A stretch of DNA of 64,000 bases from positions 32,240,001 to 32,304,000 of the forward strand of contig OZ281495.1 in the NCBI GenBank assembly GCA_965637545.1. Direction: 5' to 3'. The notes beneath the pieces were generated by a model. That model was not told the origin of the DNA and ran no database searches. It saw only the letters and a program-made list of their open reading frames with translations. Position 1 is the first letter of the stretch, and the number at the start of each line of letters is the position of its first letter. Below, piece by piece: positions 46,601 to 59,294 of the stretch. Origin of the DNA: Phallusia mammillata. Taxonomy: Eukaryota. Made by a program: the position numbers and the translations under genes.

Positions 46601-49600
46601 TTTTGTTTTCTTTTTACAATACATCCGCCATCGAGCTGCCTGTTTCGTTGCAAGTCCTTTGAACCTCTTTTTGATTTGATTTTTTATGTTTAGACTTTAT
46701 AGAGTTCTATCATGCAAATACCACTGATGGGTTGGAGCAATACCGCTCAAGTTTCTGGCTCATAGAAAAACGTGTGGCCGAGATGGGTTTAGAACCCACC
46801 CACTGAACACAAGGCGGTTGCACGAGTTTTCTTATTCAAACGTTTCTAATCAGTTTTGTTGCAGGATTTTTGAGCGGTGGTGCCAACTACTACACACGTG
46901 AACATTGTGAGCCGAAGAGACGACGGCGATATTGTGGAGTCGATATGGTGGATTCACGATACGGACCAACCAACGATACTTGGGGAATTTATTCTGGTGA
47001 TTTGTTCGTGCATCGAGCGAAACGAATCATCGAGAAGCACCTGAAAAGCAAAGGGGCAGAAAAGGTAACTAGAATTTCCATTGTAGAACTGCGTAAATAT
47101 GCTTCACAGCAATCAGAAGCCGCTTATGCAGCGGCTAATAAATTAGATGACGAAAAGGAAAAAAATCTCCTTACTTTTTAGCTACTGTTTAAATCTATAA
47201 GTATAAGGTCTTTACTTTTATTTTCCGGCAAATAAACTGATAACCTACATATGCAAGAAAGTTGAAAGGTGCAGTGTGTCTTTCATAGTACTGTGACCCG
47301 GTTTGTAAGCGGGCCTTCACACGGAACCGAATCCCTACTAGTCTGAAAACCGGCTCGAGTCCGAAAATCTGGATGTAGCTGCAGCGCGTTCAGCTCTTAT
47401 CCAACAATTGCGCCCTTCACTGTTTTGCGCTCCATACCGTTTTGACGCTGCGCAGCTATTCCTGGCTTGGTGATTGTTTTAGTGCAGTTTTGTTTCTATA
47501 AACCCTTTTCGACAGTGATATATTCCTGCCTTAACTGAACTAAATGTAAATGTATTTTCTTTTTTAGCCGATGTTCCTCTTTATGTCCCTTCAATCTGTG
47601 CATGGACCTCTACAGGATCCGCCAAACTTTCAAAACAGGTTTAAAAATATCACGGACCCAAAGAGGTTTGTAAAATGGCTTCACGACTGGTTGCTCTGTA
47701 ACAAAAATAACTTCCAAACTATGTCCCATGCAAATGAGCTTTCCTTAAGAAACTTCTAAAATAGATTTCAGAGAAAGACTTCATCATTTTTGAGGTTTTC
47801 GCAGATCTATTGCCTTGTGGTGCAATATTTTAACTTTATCGTATAAGTCATCATTACCTTTAAAATTTCTTCCAACATTCGCGAACTATTTTAAAGTACT
47901 CTTTTTTTTTGTAAATTTGTTGTACCCTCGGCATTTGCGATTGATGACTATTGTAAGAAATTATATCCTTTCGATTCTGGTTAATCGCACAGGGGTAATT
48001 TGCATTTTTCGATTCATTCAGTATTGTCGATGAAAACTCTAAAACATTTGCTAGAAAAGTCCGGTTAATCGCATATTAAGTTTATACAACTCTTCTGGCT
48101 ATTGTATTTTTATTTCGACGTTTCAACGTCCTATCCAGGTCGCCTTTACGCTGATGAAGGCGACCTGTATCTATAAACTTGATATTATGCCTGGCAGCAA
48201 CAGCTTATATAATTGCATGAACTATAAGCTGTTGCGATTCATTTACTTTGTTTTTATCAGCTTGTCATTGAGCTTCATGTTTTCGTTCAGACAGACTTAC
48301 GCTCGCATGGTTTTATCGATGGACAAGTCGGTCAAACAGTTGGTCGTGGCGCTGAAAAAAGCAAAGATGTGGAAAAATACAATCTTTATATTTTCAACAG
48401 GTTTGTTCAAAGTTAGATATTAGTTTTTACGAATATTTTTTTAAGATTTATGTTAATTGTTTATGTCCCTCTTAAATTAGAAGTATTTGAACTTACATCT
48501 GAAAAGAAAATTTTGCGAAACACTGACCTAATAGTAAGCACATGAACGGCGCAATCTAGCAATCTGACAACCAAAAAACTTTTAAGACCTCAAACATTTT
48601 TGTCTCGTTTACCCTTTCGCCGATCAAAGGCAAACCTTTCCTCCATATTTTTCTTAGAAAACTGATCTCGCAAGTTTGTTGCAAAACTAAAAGTTTTTTG
48701 TATTTTTAGTGATAGTATGTACGTGGCGTGGCGTAAACAATAAGGAACGTTTAATGTTTACTTGTGGTCGAGAACCTTTCTACAAGTTTTTCTTATTTTA
48801 TTGCTTAAATATATTTTACCTGAACAGACAATGGGGGTCAGACGATGCGAGGGGGCAACAATTGGCCTTTGCGAGGGCGCAAGGGGACTTTATGGGAGGG
48901 TGGGATCCGTGGGGTTGGCTTTGTCCACGGAAAACCCCTAAATCTTGAAGCCCCCTATGTGAATCGGCAACTTATTCATATTTCTGATTGGTTTCCGACG
49001 ATCATGAGCGCCACCAAGTGTATGATAGTAAAAGGAACTCAACCACTAGATGGCCACGATCAATGGGGAGCAATAAGGTGAGGTAATGTATTGTCGCATG
49101 GGGTTAACTATGTCGATTGTAAAAAACATACTGTTTTTTTGGATTTAGTCTGTAGTTATACGTTTTGTCTGACTAATCAACAGTACACCAGGCCCATTAA
49201 AAGCTTAATACCGAATCAAGCCGGTCACCAAGCGCTCCCATGTGACAAGGCATATACTAGAAACATCTAGCCTGCGGTGGGATTAGAGCCCACGAAAGAA
49301 GTCTTTCCGGGAACCGCTCTCTACCAACGTTAAATTATGATGTCATTCAAGGAAGTGGTAGTGACGTTGTATGCTAATAAGATCTACTTTGATTGTTGTG
49401 ACTCCATTAAACACTGATCTTGACTTAAAGTATCTTTAAGTACATTATATTTATTGAAGTTCAATCAGCATTTGACTGCGGTGTTGCCATGTTGGAAAAT
49501 ATTAATTGTGACGTCACCTTACACTGTTTATGACGTAAACACAGCTTGAACGAGACGACGAAACGAACGGAGATTCTACACAACATCGATCCTCTTTACA

Positions 49601-50494
49601 AGCGGAGAAGTTCGATTCTGATGCGGAACGGATTCGATGTTTCAGTCAGAGCAGCAATAAGATCGGGAGCTTGGAAACTCATCACTGGTGATCCAGGTGC
49701 GATTTCCCGGTAGAAATATTAGAATCCAGCGATATATCTAACGATAAAAAGAATGGCTTCAATAGCAAACAGTTTTGTTTTTGAGCGCTTGCTCTCGCAG
49801 CAGCTTCTGACGTTTGTGACTGAATTTTTGTTTTCCTTACCACAACGTTATCATAATGTTGCGTCATAACAATTTGACGTCATCACAATTTGACGTCATC
49901 ACAATTATACGTCATCACAGTATTACGTCATCGCGATATTTTAGTGTTGAATACTATTTATTGCGCACATTAAACACGTGTTTATGATAAAATGACCAAC
50001 TTCATAGTTCTTACGTCATTAAGCTATTACGTCATCATGCTATTACGTCACCATACTATTACGTCATTATCGTACTATTGCGTCATCAGGTATGGATCGT
50101 TGGATCAAACCTCCCGAGTGGGAAACGGCTGAAGTATTTCCGAGGTCGTACAGGAGTTCAAATAAATCTGTGAGGTTGTTCCGCATCAGTGAAGATCCCT
50201 ACGAACGGATGGAAGTATCCGAAAAATATCCAGAGGTTTCTATTCGAATATATTTCCATAAACTTGTTCCAGTCCCGTATGACCAGAGTTTTTTTTAATA
50301 ACAATTTTACTTTTTAGGTCGTTGATCTCCTTTTGTCACGCTTGGTTGAATACAACGCGTCATCAGTTCCCGTCTTGTATCCGACAATGCAACGCAAGGC
50401 CAACCCCGTGCTGCACGGAGGCTATTGGTTGCCATGGAGAAACAAGCGATCCAATCGGAGAAAAGAACATCGCCGAAGTTTCTTCCTTGTTTAG
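43613..50494 (+). CDS. Arylsulfatase B/I/J-like formylglycine-dependent sulfatase, 10 coding exons, about 537 aa
   Basis: Exons 43613-43823, 44305-44387, 45203-45389, 46865-47064, 47568-47665, 48291-48400, 48828-49077, 49545-49696, 50090-50235, 50318-50494 (1614 nt). Signal peptide [22 protein letters not shown]; motifs [81 protein letters not shown]. Confidence 0.93.
45660..45712 (-). ncRNA. Intact-looking minimal hammerhead (family 4) in arylsulfatase intron 3, antisense to host
   Basis: CUGAUGA A GGCG-A-CCU-guau-AGG-A-CGUC GAA ACGU C GG: intact core, extended stem II, ACGU palindrome as helix III, GUC triplet. Confidence 0.75.
48078..48232. mobile_element. Family 4 repeat, inverted pair with internal deletion
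   Basis: Palindromic junction aggtcgcc-tttacgctgatgaa-ggcgacct; 3' tail ataaacttgatattatgcctggcagcaacagctta. Confidence 0.65.
49170..49328 (-). mobile_element. tRNA-derived SINE copy
   Basis: The - strand reads cccaccgcaggctaga...ttggtgaccggcttgattcggt...aatgggcctggtgtactg. Partial B-box copies also at about 12505, 21200, 22310, 23865, 28950 and 51170; body-only copy at about 13030-13085. Confidence 0.65.
49855..50087. repeat. ACGTCA-rich short tandem array at the 3' end of sulfatase intron 8
   Basis: Repeats of tgacgtcatcacaatt / ttacgtcatcatgcta. Confidence 0.7.
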
Positions 50495-51715
50495 CGGTTG
50501 TTACGTCACACGCTATTTGTGACGTCATAGTTCATACATTGTTGGGTGTTGTTTGAACAATGCACTTAGCGACAGTTTTACGATTTTTTTTACTGGCGCA
50601 GTTTGTTATTATTTGGTGAAAGTTGTAAGGTTTTTTTTTGTCTGATTCTTGCCGTAATATGGGAGTTGAATTTTACAGGTTTTGCGCAGAAGATTCTCTG
50701 TGTTCATGTTACCACTTTGAAACTGTAACTGTTTGGAATCTTTTGTTTCTAATAAAAGGTTTTATGACGTAACAGGAAACGTTAAAGCAAGTAAGTCTTT
50801 GACTAATGGTGTTTGAGTAGTTTTCTTGAAAACTTGCAAAAAATGCATTTTGTTTGCACTATTTCCATGCTTTCCCCCACACGCCTAAGTACTGTATGAT
50901 TTTTTATTGAACTCGGCAACTTTTTTTGGTTGCGACGCCTCTGTAAAAGTTTTCTGGACTTGCGACGCACCAGCAAAAAAAGTTAATGAGGAAACTTCTT
51001 ATTAAAGTTGTGTTTATTAATACAACAACAAAAAGTCACGAAACCGATTTATTCTACGACGCCCTTGGAAAATTGAAACGATGCACCAGGGCGTCGCGAC
51101 GCACAGTTTGAGAACTACACTGGTCCAGGGGACTGATATACACCCAGAACCTAATCTATTTTCGTTCTCGTGGGTTCGAACCCCGTGAAACAAATTAAAA
51201 ACACCAAAACGCAACAAAGTAATATTTTGGACTCTTTCTCTCCACTAATAGATACCTTGTACTGAAATTTCACTGGATTAACTCTGTTTTTAAGTGATAT
51301 ATATATTACTGGACATGCTTTTTCCTAAAAGATATAACTTCCTCTTGTTGGCATCACCAAGCTCTGCAGTAAAATATCAGACTTTTTACCAGCTTTTATT
51401 TTTTCTTAACTGGCAAGAACCATTTTACCGCAACAGCAAAGACGTTAGACAAACAAAAAACTTTTTTTCACTTCAACCCAACAACCCACACAGTGTTGTT
51501 AGAGAAATGCACGAACTGAATCGTTGTGAAAATCGTCACCAAACAGAAAATACTCCGCAGATAATGCCGCAACAGTGCGCTATGATTAGTTCAGAGATAT
51601 TGTGAACAAATGTTGCAAAACAATCAAAACTTCGAGTACAAGACAAAAATGTTGGGGTATAGGTGATTTTTACTATACTTGCCTACTTAATACGGGTTTA
51701 AAATAAAGATGTAAC

Positions 51716-51895
51716 CAGTGGTGGGATTCATTTTTTTTGTCAACCGGTATTATCATGAAAGTCATATTTTTCAGCCGGTTCTGTTACAAAAAGTCGATTG
51801 ACAGTAACCAGTAATGTTAACCGGTTCGCTGATCTCATAAAATTTCGTGAGACGGTTCTATAGAACCGGTGCGAACCGGCTGAATCCCACCACTG
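51716..51895. mobile_element. hAT-type MITE, same family, unexpanded
   Basis: cagtggtgggattc ... gaatcccaccactg, 180 bp; flanks gatgtaac / ggtataac. Confidence 0.8.
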
Positions 51896-52090
51896 GGTAT
51901 AACCCCTTCCTTTAAGACAAAAAAATACAAACAAAAAACACGATTTGGTGGATATAAAAAACATAATAGCCGTTGCAGAATGCTTGAAACAAACCTAAAT
52001 TCTTATGATTTCACATAAAAGCCTGGATCCAAATTTGTCATTTGTTGTTGATAAGTGAAGGGTCCGGGTTTTTCCTTCCGCTCATGCAGT

Positions 52091-55000
52091 TTATGTCAAT
52101 TTGAGTTTACGGCGGATGTACCACTTGGAGGAGACAGTGAGCAGGATGACGATGACGGTGAGAATCGCGAAAGTGGGGAGGGAACCCTTCAGAAAACCGT
52201 CCAACCGGATGTCTGAGACAATAAAAGTAGAATTTAGAAAGCTTTTTCCAGTTTAATTTACTTTTTGCACATTTTTCAACTTTGCAGCTCAGCACTGCAA
52301 CTTTTAGAAATATAGTATAAAAAGGTAGTTTGTGTAGTTGCAGTCGAACACACCACAAACAAAATTAAAGCACATTATTAACATCATAGACCGAGAAAAG
52401 TGTTTGTCAATCACTGGGCTATTGAACAGTTAGCAAATGGTAACAAGGCTCAGCAGAAATATCTTCCTCGACTCATCCAACATTCAATTAAAAACCGTTG
52501 GATTGAATCAAGTGACCAAACAATGCATGTTTGTGTCGCAATAAACAATAAGTGTGGTAATGTTAAAATGGAGAAGTCACGAGATTTCGAAAAGATGTTA
52601 TCTGAGCCACGGCGGAAAACATGCTGATGGCAATGTGCATGAAACCAAAGTTAAGAATCTTAATTAAAGTTGTTCGCTCACTTCACACAAACTTACTTCT
52701 GCACGTGACACCAGTACTGAAATCTCCCAACTGTGCAAAGTGGTTGGGGCAATTTCCACAGTAGTTTGGGAAAAAACAAACTCCACCATTGCAACCTCCG
52801 GGACAAATTGCTGTGAAACAAATTCGATTAAATTGTTGTGCATGACAAAAATTTGAATCACAAAACCCAACTGACAACAAGCTAAATATTGACCACAATT
52901 CGACCCTCTTGTACCTTTTTAACACGTGACATTTTATCGCGCTTGTTTTAGTACAGAGCTACAAACAAACGGTTTATTTTCCTTTGAGACGCAAATATGT
53001 TAAACAAATAGTTTCTTGTGGTATATATCATTGAACGAAAAATACTTTTTTTAAACAAACCAAAAAACTACTTCTAAAAATATTTTAACACACCTAAAAA
53101 ACTCATTTACCGCAAACGAAACTGTTTTTATTGTTTTAGTGTACTTGCGGTCTATTCGGGGTTGATCTAAACTCTATAGACAACGTTCAAACTCACGTGT
53201 CTCACAACGGGTTCCTTCATAACCCGTAATGCACTGGGTGGTCACTACTGGGGTGGTGGAATTATCAAGGCAGGCTCCCGTAGTGAAGTCACACACTGTA
53301 AACGGGCAACCTTTGCCACAAATCAGATCACACTGCGGTCCATAAACTCCTGCTATCTGACATCCCACCTGAAATTGAAGGATTGATTCAGAGTTGTAAG
53401 TCGGGTCGGGTTTAGACTTGGGCTTCTTCCGAAAAAACGGGCTTGATTTGGGGCTGCTGACTTTACACTCTGTGTCAGTATTTTTTGAATGGACCTGACC
53501 TAATGTCAAACAGCCCGAACGAGAGTTCGGGCCGGGTTTAGGGTTCGTGCTCCAATTTTAGGCCCATTTACAACCCCGAATTGAATGTTTCATAAGAGTC
53601 AGTCATACAATACAACAGACTGATAGCTTTATTAAAAGTTATATTTTACCTTATAGCTCCGCTATAGCGGTATCTATAGATACCTAAAACAATATTACAA
53701 TTTTTTCCCTAAAATCGCCAGTAAAATGGGTCAAAACTATTTGGTTCCTTACCGCGAAAACTACAAATGATGAAGTTTATTTTTTGCAAGGTTTTTGCGA
53801 ACGATGTTATTACTTAAATTATTTAAATTCAAGGGTTATTGTTGACTTGACATTGCATCATAGCATAACAGTTTCGGAATAAGTTTGTAACTTTTTCGTT
53901 CACCAAATCACTATTCCCGACCAGGATTTACATTCGCAACATAATATTGGCCACTTGGGGCGCTGTATTGCGTTGCGCCACCTATACCAAACCGGGCGCC
54001 AGCCAAATTCCATTGTTAGAAGTTCTACCTGTACAAACCTGGTCGCATTTTGGCCCCTTGTAACCGGGCATGCAGAAAGCCTCGGCGGCCGATCCCTGTT
54101 GGTTCAAACACTGTCCGCTTGTTCTATCGCACGAATATCTGCATCCAGCCCCGCAAGTTTTGTTGCAATTCATTCCCCACTTTCCGTATGTACAGTTCAC
54201 CTAAAAGCGTGGTGAAAAGTTTGGGTTACTTTTAACGAGTCGATACGGTACATCAGCTGACAATTTATGCGTAAAAATTTAATGTTTTGAAATAGAACCC
54301 ACTTATTTGCCGGCACAACTCTTTTTTAGACTATAACGAAGCTTTTGACAGAAATACATTTGTACAAAAGCCTTTTGTTATTAATTCAAATTTGTGTTTA
54401 GTCAAATTCAATACAAATATCGAATTTAAAAGGCACAATATTTTGTGTGAAAACTAAAATTTAGCTTTAGTTGAGTTTATTTCGCTTGGTAAAACAACAC
54501 ATAGCAACACAATTGCACTAAAACAATCACCAAGCCAGAAAAAAAAAAAAAAAAAAAAAACGTTAAAATGGAATGCAAAAACGGAAGGGCACAGTTGTTC
54601 GATAATGGCTAAACGCGCTGCAGCTACCCCGTATTATAAAGCGTTTTGTGTCGGGTGATCACCCGAGAGTGAGTTGTGAAATTGTACACTTTTGGTGTAA
54701 ACACTCAATATTCAACTTACCGACATTGAGCTGCACGTATTTCCAGTGTAGCCGGGTTTGCAAGCTGTAGTGATTGCTCCCGCCGCATCGAGGCAACTTC
54801 CATTCACAAAGCTGCATTTTCTCGCCACTAGGCATCCAACTCCGCACGTCATATTACAACTCGCGCCCCACGTGTTTGTTTCTTGGCAACCGACCTATAA
54901 CAACAATGGGTAGTATTTGACACATGTAAAAATGACACTTTGGAACTTTGAAACGAAGATTTAACGTTATGAAACAAACAGTATGGATTTCTGAACAAAA

Positions 55001-58000
55001 AAATTACGGTTTTCTACACAAACTTAAAAACTTTGCGTATCCATGGTTGTTCTTCAGTTTTTGTAAACCAAAATATGTTACGCAGTTAATTCTAAGCTTT
55101 CTCCTAAACATTGAAAAACTGCACCAGACAAAAAATTGCGATACATTATGTATAGCGTTCCTTTCTTTTTTCCTTTGTTTATCGTGCACTGTACTAGTCG
55201 CATTCAGTGTTATTTATCCTGATGAAGGCGACCTTTTTAGGAAACGTCGGAATAAAATACATTTGCCAGAAGAGCTCTATAAACTTGATATTATGCCTGG
55301 CAGCAATAGCTTATGTAAATATGATTTTCTGTAAGGGAAGTTATTGTTCCCAACGAAATCATATATATGCAAAGCTTTGATTAATCAGATCTTTAATCAA
55401 TTTCAAGCCTTTACCGCAGTTGTGCCACATTTGGTGGTGAGTGCAGTCCACAGCCCATCAGCGCCACAAGTGGTGGTATTGTAGCAGTTATAAGTATTCA
55501 CGCTTCCCATCATGCTGCCAATATACGTGCTACTGTTGCTTGCACAGTTGTACGTCTCACACCCACTGCCGGTAGGGGGCGCTCCACAGCCAGCTGCAAA
55601 CACAAACAATACGCTTAAACGATTCTAATTTGAGGCATTCCAATTATTATTCAAAACATTTAATCAAATTTTCAGGAATGTTTCATTCTTTGTCAGCTGT
55701 CATTTTCACAGAATACACGCAAAATACTGCTCGGAAATTGTAGGACACTTTTTTTCTGGTAAATGTTTTTCACAAACAAAGAACAAAAAAGTGTTTAAAA
55801 TATGCCTGGTAACAATACTGTATTCGTTGTCCACAAACTTTCATCCCGGGTTCAAATCCCACGAAAGCACCAACTTATTAGATTTCTTACCCAGGACAGT
55901 GAGCGTCGAGTTTGCCGATGCGCCGTCACCCATCACCATGACAACCGTATTGTTGAGTGATGACGTCACATTTTGGATTGTCAACGTCATAGACAAGTCG
56001 GAACCATTGAGAGCGACGGACAAAGCTGTTGGAATAAAGAAGAAAATTTGTGAAACACTGTATGCAGTGGATTAGCATCCAACCGTTTCAAGCCAACACT
56101 ACCCGAATTCTCGTTTGATAAAGAAAAGTTCCGACACAATTCTACTAAAATATTCATCAAGCCGGAAGTAATAGCTACCCGGTAGCGGTGGAATTCAGCC
56201 GGTTTTGCACCGGTTCTAAACAAATCACACCGGTTCTAAACAATCAGGAGAGCCTTACCATATCCGGCGGAAGTTACGTTGTCGGTGATTCCCCCTTCAA
56301 AAATGGTGACGTTAGCGACCTGTGACGTGTCGACCGTCCATTCGAAAGTCGAGTTTGCTGAAACGTTGCCAATGGTAGCCTACAAAAAACAAGTTTGTAA
56401 TAAACAATATCATTTTTCTCAACATTATAATAGACAAACGCTGTTATATTTTATAATTTTATGGATTTGTATGCTTTACAGCAGTGGTTCCCAAACTTTA
56501 TCATATTTTTTTCTAAACGGTCCCCTTGCCATTATTTCAAGGGTTCGCGGTCCTTAAGCCTAAATGTGTATTTCATAAAAACGAAAGTTTATTGCAGGAT
56601 TTTAGCTAGTTGTGCAAAATTGCGCATAATAATCATCCAAAGACAGCATGTGACATCACAAACAGGACAAAAACATTACGATTGTGCGCGAACAATTTCA
56701 TTTTTTTTAGTTGTCATTCAATAAAGGCCATTGTTTAGCAATGGAGACAGTCGATTCTCAATTCTAATTTGATTTAAACTCATTTAGTGGCACAAACTGA
56801 CGCCAAATAAGATTATAGAATTACTTCAACCGCTTCGCGGTCCCCCCAAAGTTGCCTCACGGACCCCTAAAGGACCGCGGACCCCAGTTTGGGAACCGCT
56901 GCTTTACAGCAACAGAAGATGCTACTTGGGCGAAGAAATGCTACTCTATCTGTTTTTAAACTGTGTCCATACTTATTAGAAAATAGACCATTATGCAATG
57001 GATTTTGATTAAACCGTTTAAATACGGAACTTATAAGGTAATATTTTTGCATCACATAAACGCGAATGCCACAAACAAAATTCGCTTGCCAACAAATAAA
57101 ATATATGCAATTCTCGTGTAAGGAAAAGTACCTGGAAATTGACGCTTGATCCGACCACTCGAGTTGTATCAGGAGAAATACTTGAGATGTTCGCTCCAAG
57201 TGTTGCTGTGAACAAAAAACAATGAAGATAAAAATACATTAAGTGAAGATAAGGTCTGTATTCCCTGGAATCTCGCTAAACCCCTGCTTTTATTTAGTTA
57301 TCTAAAGCGCTCCTTCTCAATCTTTAAGAATTTACCAATCCCTTTTATTTAAAAAGATCACTATAGGTCGTAAAATAAAAATACATTTAGTGGAGATAAA
57401 AGCTGTGCTCCCTGGAATCACGCAAAATCTTTTCCTTTATTTCAGTATCTAAAGCAGTGGTGTTTAACCTTCAAGAATATGACGATCCATTCGATTTTAA
57501 AAGGGCACTAAAGGTCATAAAACGCATCGTTTAAAAAAGGAGGTCCCAACCTCTAAAAATAACCTTCAGGTGGAATTCAAACTCCAACGGTATGTTCTCC
57601 TAAACTTTCAATTAACTTACACCGAAAATACTTGTCTGATTTAATTTGTTAACGCACAACGGTTTGAAAATACTTAGTTTTCAGACTTGAACAACAAAAA
57701 TCAGTTGTTTGTAAGTTAATTAAAAGGTTGGGACCTACTGTTGGGACCTAATTAAATAACTTTCCACTTAACCAGCTAAACATGCACTTGGGTAAAAAAT
57801 GTGTTAATTTCATTTGCTTCGTATTGAAGTTCGCATTTTGCATATTGACGTCACGCTGAAAGGTCACTGCTCTAGGGTTCAAGGTCAATCGATAAAGCCA
57901 GGTCTAATCCAATCAGCGCACCGCAGACATTTGTCGTGAAATCAATTTATTTCGTGCCGCAGAAAGTGATTAAACTAATTTTCACGATTCAGCAGACATG

Positions 58001-58425
58001 CATACGACAATGTGATTAGGGGTAAAGGACCACTGGACAGTAGTTTGGGATTATAGGAAACCCCTCTAACCAGTGGTGGGATTCAAGTTTTTTGTCAGCC
58101 GGTTCTATCACAAAAGTCATATTTTTCAGCGGGTTCTGTTATAAAAAGTTTATTGACAGTAACCAGTAATGCTAACCGGTTCGCTGATCTTATAAAACTA
58201 CGTGAGACGGTTCTATAGAACCGGTGCGAACCGGCTGAATCCACCTCTGCCTCTAACCATGAAACTGACTTTCGTTTTTTTGGCCGAGGGCATAGAACAT
58301 TGGAAAATTAAATTGGAAAAGTATAGGGTTGATTGTTTTATTCCGAAAAACGTAGATATCTTACCTTGGAAAGTCAATCCGATCAGAGCACCGAAAAGCA
58401 CACATTTTGTCAGTGAGGTGGACAT
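52091..58425 (-). CDS. Type I membrane glycoprotein: signal peptide, Ig-like, CCP/sushi-like, EGF/laminin-EGF-like repeats, TM, short basic tail; about 437 aa
   Basis: Exons on - strand: 58425-58365 (MSTSLTKCVLFGALIGLTFQ), 57205-57132, 56379-56259, 56025-55891, 55593-55415, 54894-54721, 54200-54039, 53368-53197, 52810-52697, 52212-52091 (1314 nt, phases consistent). Three similar Cys-rich exons (WGxxCxxxCGxGC...C...GxC...CxxGYxGxxC); TM TFAILTVIVILLTVSS followed by KWYIRRKLKLT*. Confidence 0.85.
53392..53576. repeat. Dispersed repeat with gttgtaa/ttacaac ends and ggg/ccc-rich subrepeats
   Basis: Related copies at about 33054-33248 and 43853-44026. Confidence 0.5.
55160..55322 (+). mobile_element. 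Family 4 repeat with T-rich upstream UTR
   Basis: cattcagtgttatttatc ctgatga aggcgacc...gaaacgtcggaataaaatacatttgccagaagagctctataaacttgatattatgcctggcagcaatagctta; stem II partly deleted. Confidence 0.7.
56482..56901. mobile_element. Charlie-like hAT MITE
   Basis: TIR cagtggttcccaaac / gtttgggaaccgctg; perfect TSD ctttacag. Confidence 0.8.
58071..58249. mobile_element. hAT-type MITE, same family
   Basis: Perfect 8-bp TSD cctctaac (58063-58070 and 58250-58257). Confidence 0.85.
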
Positions 58426-58911
58426 ATTTACAAAATTACAGCCTAAACCTAAGAAAAATTATTAACAGTATTTACTAAATTGAGATCATAATTTCCTAAA
58501 TAACGAAAACCAATTGAAAGTAACTATTTGTTATCTCAGTGTGATCGTGTCACGTCATTTTCAAACAAAATTCGTAAATTTCATTTTTACTTTAGCGTGT
58601 TTGCCTCTTTGAACTACTTCAGTTGTCCTAACGTCTTAGTGCACGTGTGTTTCAAACTTCTTGCACACTTCATTCCCGAATACGAAACGAATCTTTCTGA
58701 CAACAGTTTGCCCTAAAAAACTTTTAGAGAAACTGTTGAATTGATAGTAGGCGTGTGTTTGTTGACGATTACTTACACGTTAATTAACACAGAACAACAA
58801 CTTGCTAATACAAAACACTGTTTCGCTATCACTTTTCTGAAACTTGTATCAAACATAAAACAACGCTTTTTTAGTTTGTTTGAAATCGCTCTTATGAGTT
58901 GTGGTCTAGAC

Positions 58912-59294
58912 CAGTGCTCTTCAACCGGTGTGCAAGGTGTACCCTGGCCTAAGGTGCACCAAAATATGCATGGGGTGAATCCGTACGAGAAAGTATACAA
59001 GGGTGCATCACAAACTTTTAATGAACCATTAATATTTGACTTTCAGGATATTAGAAAAAATATGTAGGTTTCAACTGAAGTATAAATCAACCTCTGTATT
59101 TATAAATGTTGATGTTTAACACTTTACATGCAGTTGACGTCGGCAGCTCAGCTCAGGTTAATTGACATGATGATGTACAGAATGATTTTTCATGTCGCAT
59201 TTTATCTCAGTTTACCTTTTAAGTAAACAGGGTGCATGAGTTCGTCACAACAACTTTAAGGGTTCACCAAACCAAAACAGGTTGAAGAGCACTG
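58912..59294. mobile_element. Charlie-like hAT MITE
   Basis: Perfect 15-bp TIR cagtgctcttcaacc / ggttgaagagcactg; palindromic TSD gtctagac. Confidence 0.85.
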
